A stretch of DNA of 63,465 bases, filler included, from Octopus bimaculoides (lineage: Eukaryota): assembly GCF_001194135.2 (NCBI RefSeq). It is 5 parts of 5 records of this genome, joined end to end, with 100 filler letters (N's around TTAATTAATTAA, not from the genome) between each part and the next. Parts side by side here need not be neighbours in the genome. Positions count along the whole stretch, not along the records: positions 20,024 to 47,762 come from NC_068992.1; 4 more parts are not named here. One strand, 5' to 3'. Position numbers and translations under genes: made by a program. Positions 24,230-37,489 of this stretch are shown one piece after another. Numbering within the stretch: the stretch's first letter is position 1; every line of letters starts with the position of its first letter. Under the pieces are notes generated by a model, which saw only the letters and a list, made by a program, of their open reading frames with translations, did no database searches and was not told where the DNA came from.

Positions 24230-24530
24230 ACAAGATCTCATAACACTTGAACAACCCAGAATAAACTCCAAGAACTTGAGGAAATCAAACTGATGCCACA
24301 CCCAACATACAGTCCCTGTCTAGATCCCTTTGATTATTACTTGTTCTAATTCATTACTCACTTTCTGCACTTGCAATGCTTCATTAACCAAGAGGACATG
24401 GAAACTTCAGCAAAGGAGTTCTTCACCTCAAAAAACAAGAACTGCTATCAGCATGGGATTAAAGAAATGGCAGAAAGGTGGTTTCAGACAGTGTAATATG
24501 ATGGCCTGTACTTTGAATACTAGACTGCCT
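24230..24530 (+). mobile_element. Decayed mariner transposase C-terminus
   Basis: PHPTYSPCLDPFDYYLF...EFFTSKNKNCYQHGIKEMAERW...YDGLYFE. Confidence 0.8.
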
Positions 24531-24596
24531 TTGTTTTAACTTGATGACTAAAGCAAATAAGTTATCAAAATATTGCAAAACTTTTGAGTCAACACA

Positions 24597-24642
<46 letters not shown>

Positions 24643-27600
24643 CCCTCTGTGTAAAGCTCTGTGTGGCTAATAAAAGAAATATATATATATATATATATAT
24701 ATANNNNNNNNNNNNNNNNNNNNNNNNNNNNNNNNNNNNNNNNNNNNNNNNNNNNNNNNNNNNNNNNNNNNNNNNNNNNNNNNNNNNNNNNNNNNNNNNN
24801 NNNNNNNNNNNNNNNNNNNNNNNNNNNNNNNNNNNNNNNNNNNNNNNNNNNNNNNNNNNNNNNNNNNNNNNNNNNNNNNNNNNNNNNNNNNNNNNNNNNN
24901 NNNNNNNNNNNNNNNNNNNNNNNNNNNNNNNNNNNNNNNNNNNNNNNNNNNNNNNNNNNNNNNNNNNNNNNNNNNNNNNNNNNNNNNNNNNNNNNNNNNN
25001 NNNNNNNNNNNNNNNNNNNNNNNNNNNNNNNNNNNNNNNNNNNNNNNNNNNNNNNNNNNNNNNNNNNNNNNNNNNNNNNNNNNNNNNNNNNNNNNNNNNN
25101 NNNNNNNNNNNNNNNNNNNNNNNNNNNNNNNNNNNNNNNNNNNNNNNNNNNNNNNNNNNNNNNNNNNNNNNNNNNNNNNNNNNNNNNNNNNNNNNNNNNN
25201 NNNNNNNNNNNNNNNNNNNNNNNNNNNNNNNNNNNNNNNNNNNNNNNNNNNNNNNNNNNNNNNNNNNNNNNNNNNNNNNNNNNNNNNNNNNNNNNNNNNN
25301 NNNNNNNNNNNNNNNNNNNNNNNNNNNNNNNNNNNNNNNNNNNNNNNNNNNNNNNNNNNNNNNNNNNNNNNNNNNNNNNNNNNNNNNNNNNNNNNNNNNN
25401 NNNNNNNNNNNNNNNNNNNNNNNNNNNNNNNNNNNNNNNNNNNNNNNNNNNNNNNNNNNNNNNNNNNNNNNNNNNNNNNNNNNNNNNNATATATATATAT
25501 ATATATACATATAAATATATATGGTTGCCTTTTATTGGCAGCAGAGAATGTTCAAATTAATCCTGAAAGATAAAAAGAAAAGTTACTTACAAACTTCTTT
25601 TATTCTGTACATATGTTAATAGTTTGTCATTTCAAAGAAGCAGTTCTGAAAGAGTATTAGAAAATTTACTGAAGAATATATGAAGTTGTTCAATGAATTT
25701 TCTGGAATACTTTGGCTTTGTTCCACTTTGTTTGTGACTCAGATATTATGACCGTTATGCCAGAGGAATTATTAATTTTTAATTGCACCCCCACCTTATA
25801 TCCCAACTCATTAATTTTTATCCTTTTATCTTACTATCAATATGCTACTATTATTTAATTGAGCTGCATCACAAATGTGATACTCTGAGGTCGAAACTTG
25901 ACAAAGTTCCAGATTGTGAACTACAAAAGTTTGATTGGAATAATATACTCTACGCATTACTTCAAGGCAAACACCACAACCAGTCTCATCATGTAATGAA
26001 CCATTTTTTACAAATTTGTTTCCATTTAAAATTAATAATTTCAAATATATCAGACCATATGCAAATCATTATGAGCAGAAAGGTTATCATTGAAAATACA
26101 CTGAATTACATAGAAAATGTTGGTATAAAAGTGTCCCCCAGTCCCACAAATTCTCATTATTATTTCTCAAAAGAAAAAAAAAAAATTCTATCTTCTTATG
26201 TGGGTTTGGGTTTGTAACAGCCCATTATCATGTATGTTAATAATTGCAAAAGAACCTATGCCCTGGAGACTATTAGGGTTCTGAGTATCGGTGCTTCTTT
26301 ACACAATTAGAGTTCTGAGAATTGGTGCTTCTTTACACAACTTTTATTTTTTAGAAATGAAAAGCAAATGCTATTAATAATAATGATTTCTTCNNNNNNN
26401 NNNNNNNNNNNNNNNNNNNNNNNNNNNNNNNNNNNNNNNNNNNNNNNNNNNNNNNNNNNNNNNNNNNNNNNNNNNNNNNNNNNNNNNNNNNNNNNNNNNN
26501 NNNNNNNNNNNNNNNNNNNNNNNNNNNNNNNNNNNNNNNNNNNNNNNNNNNNNNNNNNNNNNNNNNNNNNNNNNNNNNNNNNNNNNNNNNNNNNNNNNNN
26601 NNNNNNNNNNNNNNNNNNNNNNNNNNNNNNNNNNNNNNNNNNNNNNNNNNNNNNNNNNNNNNNNNNNNNNNNNNNNNNNNNNNNNNNNNNNNNNNNNNNN
26701 NNNNNNNNNNNNNNNNNNNNNNNNNNNNNNNNNNNNNNNNNNNNNNNNNNNNNNNNNNNNNNNNNNNNNNNNNNNNNNNNNNNNNNNNNNNNNNNNNNNN
26801 NNNNNNNNNNNNNNNNNNNNNNNNGAACTCTAAATTTCATTCTCAAAAGACTTCAGTACTTTCCCCATATAATTTACTTCAAGATAAGAGGAAAAGGAGA
26901 GTATTATATTTTTCCTTTTTGTTAAAGAAATCTATTTTTTTCTTCATTGAAATTTTATTTGTCTTTTGTGAGTAAAATTTTTTTTTATTATTTTATATAA
27001 ATAATTCCATGTTTATCTCATTAGAAATTAAATATAGCCTCATAGTGCTAGAGTATATAAATTTTATTTCTTATGAAAATGTATTTTTACAACAAATTAA
27101 AAAAAGATTTTTTTTATAATTTCAGATGAAGATTTACTGTTTTTATTTTCTCAACATCTTTTCCAGATTTCTTTTAATTTTCTTTTTCTTATGAAGTTTG
27201 CATGTAGAAGGAAGCCTGTTAAACAATTCAGGGAAATGCCCAGCCTATCACTTTCTCTATTTTGATTTTATTTTTAGTGTCTCTTATATTAGTTTGAATT
27301 TACTTGGATGCTGGATGTTTGCCAGCCAAAGTACTTGAGATAATGTACAACATTGTCTTTTTTGTGCTGCTTTCTCTGCCTCTTTACAAGCTCCTCATGG
27401 TAGCTTCTTTTGATTTTCCTTGTGATTTTATCTAACTACTATGTAATTTTTCTCCTGTCTTGTACTTCTTTTATCCTTCTAAACATTCATCATAGGCAAC
27501 TTTAAATCTTTCCCTTTTCCATCTATTAGAGGCCTTCAAACTAAATGCAGTCAATGAGCCATGAACAGATAAAAGTCTGAAAGATGCTGTATAATAGAAG

Positions 27601-27643
27601 AACATTAGACCATGAAAGGATCCTACTGAAAGTCATCTATCTT

Positions 27644-29175
27644 ATGGACAGCGATAGAATTAACCACAAAGAACAAAGAACTGTTACGACTGAGAAAAGC
27701 CATACAATGAAGACCACGTGATCACTCGATAGTTGAATAGACAACAAAAATATAACTGCCAACTCCTCAAACAGAAATAATGTGGAAAATACCATGATAA
27801 CTGATAACAACACAGAAAATAACAACTCCATCAACACGGAGCAGAGAAGCTTGACAGAAAACAATAACAGAAGGAATAACGACAACAGAAACATCGATGA
27901 GAACACAATCAATAGCAACGTCAATATCAGTAGCAGAGAGGCAGGTGTATTTGGAAATAGCAATAACAGTAACAACGTGAATAATTCCACCATCACTATC
28001 AACAGTGAGAGTGGAACGAGTACTTTTGCAGCAGCTGCGAAATGTCAACAAAAGTACTCTGTGATAGACATCTCCAACACAAAGAGATGTGAGCCCTGGA
28101 TCACAAACTCATAAAAAGAGAAAAACCTGGGCGAACCTTGCAATCCCAGCCAAAGTGGAAGTAAAATTTGAGGAGAAGACAGTAAAGTATAGTTACGTCT
28201 CGGTGCAGTCCCGGAGAGCAGAACAACCCTCCCACCTTCACGTGGAGATGGCACTGAGATCAATCAGAGACAAGTTCAAGTTCATTCAAAGAGCCTGGAG
28301 TTTTGGTACCATCTCTGTCCTTTTTAAAACAGAAGAGTTGGTTATGAAGCATTGGGTGGGATCCCGTAAAACTGACCAGCTTATAATATACCCGTCCTAC
28401 ATGGACAAAAGAACAATAAAAGTTCGAATAACACCAGGTATCAACATATAGTGACTCGTGGGATGCGGGATTGCGGAGGGCAGCGACACACTCCTAAAAG
28501 TCCAACGGACGCAAAGAGAAGACTGGGTGGAGATGGATTTGGAAATGCTAATTCAAATAAAACTACAAGAGTTGGAGAACATTTCAGACCATGTCAGCCT
28601 CAGGAACCTTTGATCACCGAGGGCAGAAGGCCTCACTGCCTCGCTTGTGGTGAAGCAACACACCTTCAAGCACGCTGCCCTCAGCGTGGACCTCCGTTGA
28701 CACCAACACCAAGGCTGGAAAAACAAAAACAGCACCAGCTGTAGAAAGATCACCACCACCAACAGGGAAAGCAGCAAAAAAAAAGCAACAATGGAGGCGG
28801 CGGTGACAGGTGTAACAACAGCACCAGCAAGAAAACCGCCGGAGAGGTCAACCACAAAAACCAACATTTCGCAACCAAGCTCGAAAACGAACAACACGCA
28901 GAAAAGATACACATACAAACACGAATTCAGTTCCACACAGAGAGGAGGAGGTTGCAACAAACATTGGTTCTACGACATTGAAATTTGATGATGGTTGGGG
29001 ACAGAATAAATAAAGAAACTACAAGAAATCACAGAGGCGAGACATCTTGTCCTGCACCAAAACAAGATAACAAGGAAACTACACCCACACCCACAACAAA
29101 CGCAGACGCTCAGACAATTCCTGCAGTACCACAGTCATCAACTAAAGCTCCACAAGCACCAAAAACCCCACTGTA
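27644..29175 (+). pseudogene. Tx1 ORF1 (gag-like), disrupted
   Basis: ATG at 27644, Asn-rich N-terminus, STFAAAAK, zinc knuckle CLACGEATHLQARC (C-X2-C-X4-H-X4-C), Thr/Lys/Pro-rich tail; several stops and frameshifts. Confidence 0.8.
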
Positions 29176-29580
29176 GGCAAAATAAATCCCAAAAGGAAAC
29201 TCACACCACAAATGCAACAAGAACAGCAACAAACAAACAAAGCAAGCAGTTAACTTTGTGTTAGTAAGGAGGGCCAACAAAAGCTGATGGCCCCCTTATC
29301 ATGAAGAGAAGAAACTGAAAAAAGGTGGGGGAAAATCTTCTTGGACTAGCACGTGTCAAAGGACTTAGTGATGGTGAGAATGGATTTGGACACTTTCTAA
29401 ACAATTTGGGATGCCTTTCCAGACGATGTCAGGATCCCTCAAGTAAATGCCAATGCAAGGTTTCTATAAGGGTTTCCAAAGGAGCTCAACGAAGAAATTG
29501 AGGTGAAATCACCTGATCTCCAACGGTACGGGGAGGATAAGTAACACTCCTCCCCTTTCTTTCTTTCCTTTTAGGCAAAT

Positions 29581-32500
29581 ATGGCGGTGCTAAGAGTAGG
29601 CTACATAAATGTACGTGGCCAGTGGTCATCCTGGAAGCACGGTCACTTGCTCAATGACCTCAGGTGACTGAATTTGGAGATAATAGCCATCTGTGAGACC
29701 AGGATCGCAGACACACGTACCTTAGCACCCATTATTGACGATTTTTAGATCTTTGCATTTCTTAGTTGACCAGGAATGGGGTGGGGTAGCGGTGTTGTTC
29801 AGAAGAGGTCTGGATCTCGAGATACGGCTGATCTTCCTGGACCTGGAAAGTAAGCCGGTGGTCTTGGACGTGAACGATAATGAAGGCAGTGCTTTTAGAC
29901 TGGTCGCTGTGTATGCTCCAACTGGATTGGAGCAGCCGGATTTCTTCAGACGTTTGGAGGTCTTTCTAGGGACATCTCGTTCTTTAGTGTTAGTGGGCGA
30001 CAGCAACGCCATCTAGGATGCACGTGTGGATTGAGTGGGGATAGCGGATAGAAAAGGTGGGTGCGCAACCCTCGCAAAACTGCTCAGTCGTTTCCAGCTA
30101 GCTGACAGGTTCAGACTGGATTACCCAAATGCCCCGGTGTGGACATGGGCAAACAGCGTCGGGTCATCCATATCTTATCTAGATAGGATATTTTGTAGGC
30201 TAACATATAGGGATAGCATAGGATGTCCACAATTCGAACTCGTCAGCTATACAGACCACAAATTTGAGATCTGTACGGTTGACCTCGATCGGCTTTATAG
30301 GCAGGGTCCCAGATACTGGAAGCTGAACGCGTCCTTCCCGGCGTGTCAAGCTTTCAGAGATAGACTTAGCCAGTTAGTCTACTGAAAGATGACAAATGAA
30401 GTCATCAACAACCAATAGTGGGTAGCCCTGAAACGGGAGATTAGAGTAGAAGCTGTAAAATTTAACAGAGAACTAGCGATTAAAAAGACTAGAGTGAAGG
30501 GAGACCTAGTTAGGAAATTAGAAGAGGTGCTCAGTAAAGGCATAGCGACCGAATGCTGGCAGCGAGATTGGCTCTGAACCAATTCTTCAACATCAAGCAT
30601 GAAGATTGCATTGTCAGAGCTAGGGCACGTGCTCTAAAACAGGAAGCGCAACGTGGTAATAAAACTACAATTCGGTCTTTGAGGGGTCAGGACGAGCGCA
30701 CGCTACAGGAGACCAAGCAGATTTGTGCGGAATTTCAGAGGCACTTGCTGAACTGTACAAGGCAATTGGTGGTCTGGAGGCGGAGATGAACTTCACTTCC
30801 TACCTCGATGGTCTACTGCAGGTTTCAGCCAGGGATGTAGAGTTCTGCGAAATGCCGATGTGACGCGTTGGCTAGCTGCAGGAGCGAGAAGTCTCTGAGA
30901 TTTGATGGTCTGCCCTTCGAGCTTTATATTCATATGCCAGACTTGTTCGGTGAGCTTTTGCAGGGTTTCTACTGCAACTAGCAGCAGAGCGGGAGAGTTC
31001 CCAGATCTATGAGCCGAGGTGTAGTGGTGCTACTGAGAAAGGATCCGAACAAGGGGGAGATTGTTGATAACTTTAGGCCTATGTCTCTGCTAAAGGCAGA
31101 TTGCAAAATGTTGGCCAAGGTGTTAGCAAGAGGTTGGCGCTTGTCGTTGACATACTGGTGGGTGATGCGCAGATTTGCACTACCCCCAGCAGATCTATTC
31201 ACAACCTCCACCTCACGTGATACATTATAGAGAGGGTTAGTAAAGAAATTGGCATTGGTGGGGACCTGATCAATTTGGATCAATCGAAAGCTTTCAATAG
31301 GGTCGACCATCAGTACTTGGAGGCTCTCCTCAAGGAAGCTGAGTATGGTCCCGTTTTCAGAGGCTGGATTGCTGCAATATACAGCGACATCTGTTCGGTG
31401 ATCCAAGTAAATGGCCACCTGTCGGAATCGTTTAGCATCGCACGTTTGGTCCGTCAGGGATACCCACTCTCACCCCTTCTTTACGTACTGGCACTCGAGC
31501 CATTACTGCAGAAACTGGATGCTTTGAGGTGCATCCCGTGTGAGCTAGGATGCGGAAGGTTCGTGTCGGCATATGCAGACAACGTTACCGTGATAGGGTC
31601 GAATGTCTCTGAAATCGAGATGGTCGGCACTACCCTAAAGGAATACGAAGTGGTGGCAGGAGCAATGATTAACAAGGAGAAATCAGTAGGCCTGAAGCTC
31701 GGAACCTGGAGAGGCAGGTCCTTGCCGACCAACAGCATTGTGGGGCGCTGGACGGAAGGACCGGTTAAGTTGCTCGGGTCTGATTCGGTCCGGACCTCTA
31801 AGTGGACAAGAACTGGGGTGACGTGATAGACAGGGTGGCCAGTCTCACCCAGAAATGTGCCGAGAGGTAGCTGTCCCTGAAAGGTCGAGCGAAGGTGGCG
31901 AATGCGTACATCGCATCCGTCATATATTACCACCTGACTATCATCCCTTGCCCCACTTCGTGACTGAACGAGCTGGTGCGCTTGCTCTTCTGCTTCTTGT
32001 GGAAGGGACAGGTACCGCTTTTCAGACGATCCATTTGCTATCAGTGGAGAACTGAACATGCCATGGTTGATGATGCGCAGACACGCGCTGAGGCTGTGAC
32101 ATCTCTAGCAATACCTTACCGGAGAGCAGGTGTGGTCGTCGTGTGTTGGACACGCTTTTCCGCAGTTCGTTTCCTTGACGGGGTGACAGACCTGGATCAG
32201 GTGTAGATCGAGGCAGGGCGCTTGGCACCTAGAGTGTCTCCAAGCGCTCACAGCCTTCAGTCAGTTGGGCAGCGTAGTCGGTGGAAGTTCCATCTTGAAG
32301 TTCTAAAGTGGATTGGTGGAGGGCAAGAGTAACGACCTTCTCGGAGAGGGTCTGGGCATCGGGAGGGATCAAATGGCTGGTCTCTTCTGGAGGACTTTCG
32401 GGCCGAGGCCTATGGATAACTTCCAGAAATCCCTGGCCCGGCAGTGCTACCGGGGAGCTCTGCTGGTTCACGATAAACTCTCTACAGACACAGCTGTGCT

Positions 32501-32840
32501 GCTAGACGAGCTTGTGCAAGATGTATGCGGAGTGATGAGACCATTCTGCATGCTCTTGTACAGCCTCCACACATTGTTGAATTCTGGAGCTTTGTTGAAC
32601 ATTGATTGTCACGTGTAGGACGGATCCGGCGATCATCCAAGTCCATTGTGAAGAGGTTTTGTGGTGGACGTGATTGAAAATGTTGAAGACGGGTACGTTC
32701 CTCTTTTGCCAAGGCTTCATTGACTTTTTCAGGTTCCACCTGGAAAGGAAAGTGAGGTTGGAGAGGGGGGTGTTGTCACCCAGTAATTTTGTTGAAAAGC
32801 AGGGGAATGTAGCAAGAATAGCCGTGTGTGCCTGTAGGCC
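29581..32840 (+). pseudogene. Tx1 ORF2 (APE endonuclease-reverse transcriptase), disrupted
   Basis: VGYINVRG, IAICETR, GGVAVLF, VAVYAP, LVGDSN, SYLDRIF, TDHK, YWKLN; NFRPMSLL, DQSKAFNRVDH, VRQGYPLSPLLY, SAYADNVT; CARC..DETILH. Confidence 0.92.
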
Positions 32841-33093
32841 GGATGGAATGGTGGAGGGGGTGCCTACTTGAGGTGCCTTTGGTGTTAGGGGGTCGAAAGT
32901 GTGTGAGGTTCATTTGGTCACCTCTGGGTAGAACTCCCCCTATTGGGGAAGCACATCGTCGGTTTTATCTCCTTGTTAATTGTTTTGTTTTTGCTGTTTA
33001 CACGTTTAACCCCTCTGTCCCACGTCTGTGTATTGTCCTTTATATTTTGTGTTCGGCCCTGTTGGCCAATAAAGAAAGTATTATTATCATTAT

Positions 33094-33530
33094 TATTGGG
33101 TTGGCAAATGAGTTACCGCCTTTTTTTTTTAAATTAAAACTTTTTAAAAGGTATAATTAAAAATAACAAATAATTAATCATGTTTACAACTTCTTCCCAA
33201 CGTTCAACAAGATTTTCAATACCTCGTTGGTAGAAATCACCCGATTTCGACACAAAAAATTGATCCAACCAAACTCTCAATTCTGTATTGAACGAAACTC
33301 CGTGCATAGCATTTGAAGAGATCGAAAGAGGTGGAAATCCGCTGGTGCCAAATCAGGAGAGTACGGCAAGTGTGGCTGCACTTCCCAGCCATGCGTTTGA
33401 ATGGCTTCCTTGGTCATACTGGTGATATGAGGGCGGGCATTGTCGTACAGCAGAAGAACTCCATGTTACCGATTAGGTCTTTTCTCTTGAATAACCGTGT
33501 TGAGTCACTCTATCTGTTGAACATAGAGTT
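33094..33530 (-). mobile_element. Mariner 3' fragment with right TIR (copy 1)
   Basis: TA-TTGGGTTGGCAAATGAGTTACCGCC terminus; reverse strand encodes YDNARPH...PYSPDLAPADFHLF...ERWEEVV. Confidence 0.9.
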
Positions 33531-33565
33531 CATCCCCTTGAAATTGCTTGTGACAAAATTTGAAA

Positions 33566-33566
33566 C

Positions 33567-33630
<64 letters not shown>
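33566..33630. repeat. (TTA)n microsatellite, with further (TTA/TTG/GAT)n to 33830
   Basis: Seen directly. Confidence 0.95.
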
Positions 33631-33633
<3 letters not shown>

Positions 33634-33739
33634 TAGTCTTATTTTTATCACGTGCTTTCACTGCACTACCGAGTGCAGCTTTGGGTACATGCTGTGGTTT
33701 GTTGTGGTGCTCTTATTATTTTTAGTTTTATTATCATTA

Positions 33740-33780
<41 letters not shown>

Positions 33781-34328
33781 GTTGTTGTTGTTGTTATTGT
33801 TATTATATGATGATGATGATGATGATTACTGTGATGGTGACAATGGTGGTAGTGGTGATGGAATCTTTTCAGGTTTTACCCTTGTTTTTTAGTTCTTTTC
33901 CCTTTCACATAATATTTTCAGATTTTCCAGCCACTTCCATTTAATATGAATATGTTTATACTTTTATCGTTGATTTTTAGCATTAAGACTTTTTCTACTT
34001 TTTTATTTATTTCCACTTATTTCCAGCATCAACGATTTCTATTTAAAATATTGTCCAATGACTAACAAATAAACACCAGGTAGATGAAAACCTATAGCTG
34101 TGAGGAATAGTTAATTTGTGGTATTCATTTTCCCCTAAGCATATTAACAAAATAAGTGGAACAATTTAAACTTGGAAATGAAAATAATGTGAACTTACTT
34201 TGCCAACAATCTCTTCATTTCATCTTATATCTTCTAGGCTACATATCTACATGTACATGTATGTGTGTGTACCAGTGTGTGTGTGTGTGTGAATACACAC
34301 ATACGTACACATACATACATACACACAA

Positions 34329-34359
<31 letters not shown>

Positions 34360-34377
34360 CATATACACATGCATGCA

Positions 34378-34426
<49 letters not shown>

Positions 34427-34839
34427 CATTCTCATCATTTCATGTTACTGTTTCATGCTTGCTTGGGTTTGAACAGAATTTGTTGAAGTTGATTTTCTAC
34501 AGCCAGATAGTCTTCCTGTCACCAACCCTTAACTGTTTTCAAGTAAGTTAACATTCCTCATAACCAGATGTGTTTTCATGGAAGAATAGAAATAAAGGTG
34601 ATATCTGTTTACATCTATCGCATAACACCGTGGTAAAGAGACAGGAACTGACATAAATACTCCCACTCATATACATATATTTACATATATATCTATACAA
34701 TCAGCTTCTTTCCACTTTTGTCAATCAAATCCATTCACAAGACTTTAGTTGACCTGGGGCTGGAGCCTGGTGCAGCTCTCAAACTTATCAACCCTACTCA
34801 AACTTTCTTACCTATACCAGCATGGAAAACAGATGCTAA

Positions 34840-34871
<32 letters not shown>

Positions 34872-34899
34872 CTAAACTACTTCCACATTAAATTCTTTC

Positions 34900-36500
34900 A
34901 TTTCTGATTCTCACTTTGCTTACAGCCCCTTGTTACAAAGCTTGTATGACCCTCATAAGCCATTCATTTACTCCTAGCTTTTACTCTAGAGCTACCAAAT
35001 CCTGATGTAGTGGATCCTATGAAAGGTCTATAGATCTATGAGCGCCAGGTATAGTGGCTTACGTCTAGTCACATACTTCTCTTGTAGTTGTCTTACAAGG
35101 AATATGGCATCAGTGGAACTTCTTTCTGGGTCAAAGCCAAACTGGCTGAGATGTCTTTTGCAGACTAACCCTGTTCTCATTCTGTTTTGAAATAACACTT
35201 TCTATAATTTTCTACACTGTTGGCAATGTGGAACAGAACATGTTACTGATCCTCGTGTGAAAAAACATGTGCAAACTTTTTTTCTGCTTCTCCCTTTGCT
35301 AGAAATACCTCTCACTTAGCTTTATTTTAGTCATTTGGATTTGTTTTTCTGTTGCGCCTCTCTCACAGTCTTTTTTAAGACTGTACTTCTACTGTTATGT
35401 CAATATCTACAACATTGTTCCACCATTTTGTGTTTGCTTTGGAATTGCATTACTCACATGTCTGATGTGTTGACTCAATAGATTGTTTCATGAAAACTGC
35501 CAGTTTTTCTCTGTTATAACTCTATCTCCCCACTCCGCGCATGAAACAAGATCTTCATCCACGTAAAACAATGTTGTGCGTAGGTGGGACTGGGAAGGGA
35601 TTATCCATTATGAATTGCTTGAATAGATCCAAACTATCAACGCGAAACTCTACGTTCAACAGATAGAGTGACTCAACACGGCTATTTAAGAGAAAAGACC
35701 CAATCGGCAGCATGGAGTTCTTCTGCTGTACGACAATGCCCACCCTCATATCACCAGTATGACCAAGGAAGCTATTCAAATGCATGGCTGGGAAGTGCTG
35801 CCACACCTGCCATAATCTCCTGATTTGGCACCAACGGATTTCCACCTCTTTCGATCTCTTCAAATGCTATGCGCGGAGTTTCATTCAATACAGAATTGAG
35901 AGTTTGGTTGGATCAATTTTTCGAGTCGAAATCGGGTGATTTCTACTAATGAGGTATTGAAAATCTTATTGAACGTTGGGAAGAAGTTGTAAACAACAAG
36001 GATGAATACATTATTGATTAATTAGTTGTTTTTTTAATTAAACCTTTTAAAAAGTTTTAGTTAAAAAAAAAAAAAAACGGCAGTAACTCTTACTATCATA
36101 TGCATTAGTTATCCCTTTCTGAATCTATGGCCAACAGGTTTTCTTCCTTCAAATCCTCTTTTGTATCTCAGTCAGATTATTCCTTAAGCCATTCCTTAAC
36201 AACTAGTCAGTCTTGAGAAGTGTATTCTTCATGTGGAAAACACTGGGCTTTTCACAATCATCCACCAATCACAATTTCCAATAAGAACATATTTGCTTGT
36301 GTGTTCACCTGATTGGCGTGTGATAAGGTGACCCAATTCTTTCTGTTCATGTTGAAGATCATGACATCATTTGCATCATAGAACTCCAGGAGTTTTGATA
36401 CCTATTCATATTTTGTGCCAAACTGATAATCAGCATGCACTTCAGTTTTCATGAGGTTGCCCAATATGTCCATTGAAATTTCCAGTTGTGACAGTAAAGT
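34900..36500 (-). mobile_element. Old RTE (BovB-like) LINE, endonuclease to RT, split by mariner copy 2
   Basis: Reverse strand: GNFNGHIG and HLIT.QSG (endonuclease); WWNNVVD; QFGFDPERSSTDAIFLVRQLQEKY..KPLYLALIDL (RT); collinear with the 47073-47760 copy. Confidence 0.75.
35536..36089 (+). mobile_element. Mariner 3' fragment (copy 2, same family as 33094-33530, inverted)
   Basis: WDWEGIIHYELL, YDNAHPH, SPDLAPTDFHLF, IERWEEVVNN; truncated TIR AAACGGCAGTAACTC. Confidence 0.92.
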
Positions 36501-37489
36501 TATTATTATCTGTTATTACGAAATGGTTTATCTTTATTTTTATGGAAACCCATAAAAATAACCCTTCTATTCACCTACAAGTTTTGAATGTTGTGCATAT
36601 GTGGAGAAATTGGCATAGTTGTTTTGCCTATGTCTAATTTAATAATTCTATTGCATACCCTTACTATCTGAGTTACCTTATCCATTCATGTTTCTGCAAA
36701 CAAAATACCAATTCCACTACAGTTCTGCAGTTCTGGACTTGATAAGAAAAGAGGGGAAGAAGGATTTCCAGTGGTGCCTGAGCAAATTTTTTTTTTTTTT
36801 TTTGGTAATCATTCCAAAGTGATTTGTCTAAATGGTAGCTTGCTATTTATTCCACTTCTCATGGATGAACCACGACCAAAATGATCAATAAAATGGGTGT
36901 CAGACATTACCACTTTCAAAAGGATTATTGAGAGTGACATGCATAAGCAAAGGCACACAAGCAATGTGTGCAATAAAACACATACATGCTGTCTCTTTGT
37001 GCTTCCTCATCATCAATGGTATTCTAACTTTCCATCCTTGACATCTCAGGTGACTATTCAGTCCTGTTGCAGATTTGCATGGTTTGAAGTAGAGGTGACA
37101 AGCTGTAACTTACTGTGCATTTCCAGCTGGTTAGGTCTGCCCATATCACCCCTCTTCTATCACCAGAAAACTTTTAGTCAATTGAATTATAAATGAGGTC
37201 ACCATAAAGAGACATCTGTACATCACTGAATTATAATGATAACCCTTGTACAACATGAATACCACTTTCTGAGACTCTATGATTAGTGCTAGTGACAGGC
37301 TGAAGCATGATGACCAGTAACCACAGGAAATCATAGGTTTTATATCAGTGTGTCCTTTTCCTAGAAGGATGCTGCAAGGACAGTCAGTGTCCCTCACTCT
37401 CAGTGGTTTTATTATGCACCCTGACACCAACCAAATGTATTTCTACGACCCAGCACTCAGAATGTCAAAACTCATACATACATTTATAC

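Larger units (their letters stand above)
27644..33093 (+). mobile_element. Near-full-length decayed Tx1-type (L1-group) non-LTR retrotransposon
   Basis: ORF1 with CCHC knuckle, ORF2 with APE endonuclease, RT and C-terminal Zn finger, AATAAA at 33068 and (TTA)n tail. Confidence 0.9.

Noticed and set aside
25783-26217. 144-aa ORF and overlapping minus-strand exon candidate (25920-25834)
   Set aside because: Very AT-rich, no recognisable domain, ambiguous frame; unsupported without transcripts
26277-26341. Short ~33-bp tandem duplication (GTTCTGAG...GGTGCTTCTTTACACAA x2)
   Set aside because: Ordinary slippage duplication with no further structure
27782-28114. Stand-alone Asn-rich (prion-like) host gene
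   Set aside because: In frame with the upstream ATG at 27644 and continuous with Tx1 ORF1 motifs; part of the retrotransposon
33313-35863. Two similar ORFs starting MKRSKEVEIRWCQIRR (33313+ and 35555-)
   Set aside because: Antisense shadow frames of the two mariner fragments, not a duplicated gene
33094-36089. Composite transposon carrying 2 kb of cargo between two outward mariner right ends
   Set aside because: The RTE between them continues collinearly beyond copy 2, so copy 2 was inserted into pre-existing DNA, and its TIR is clipped
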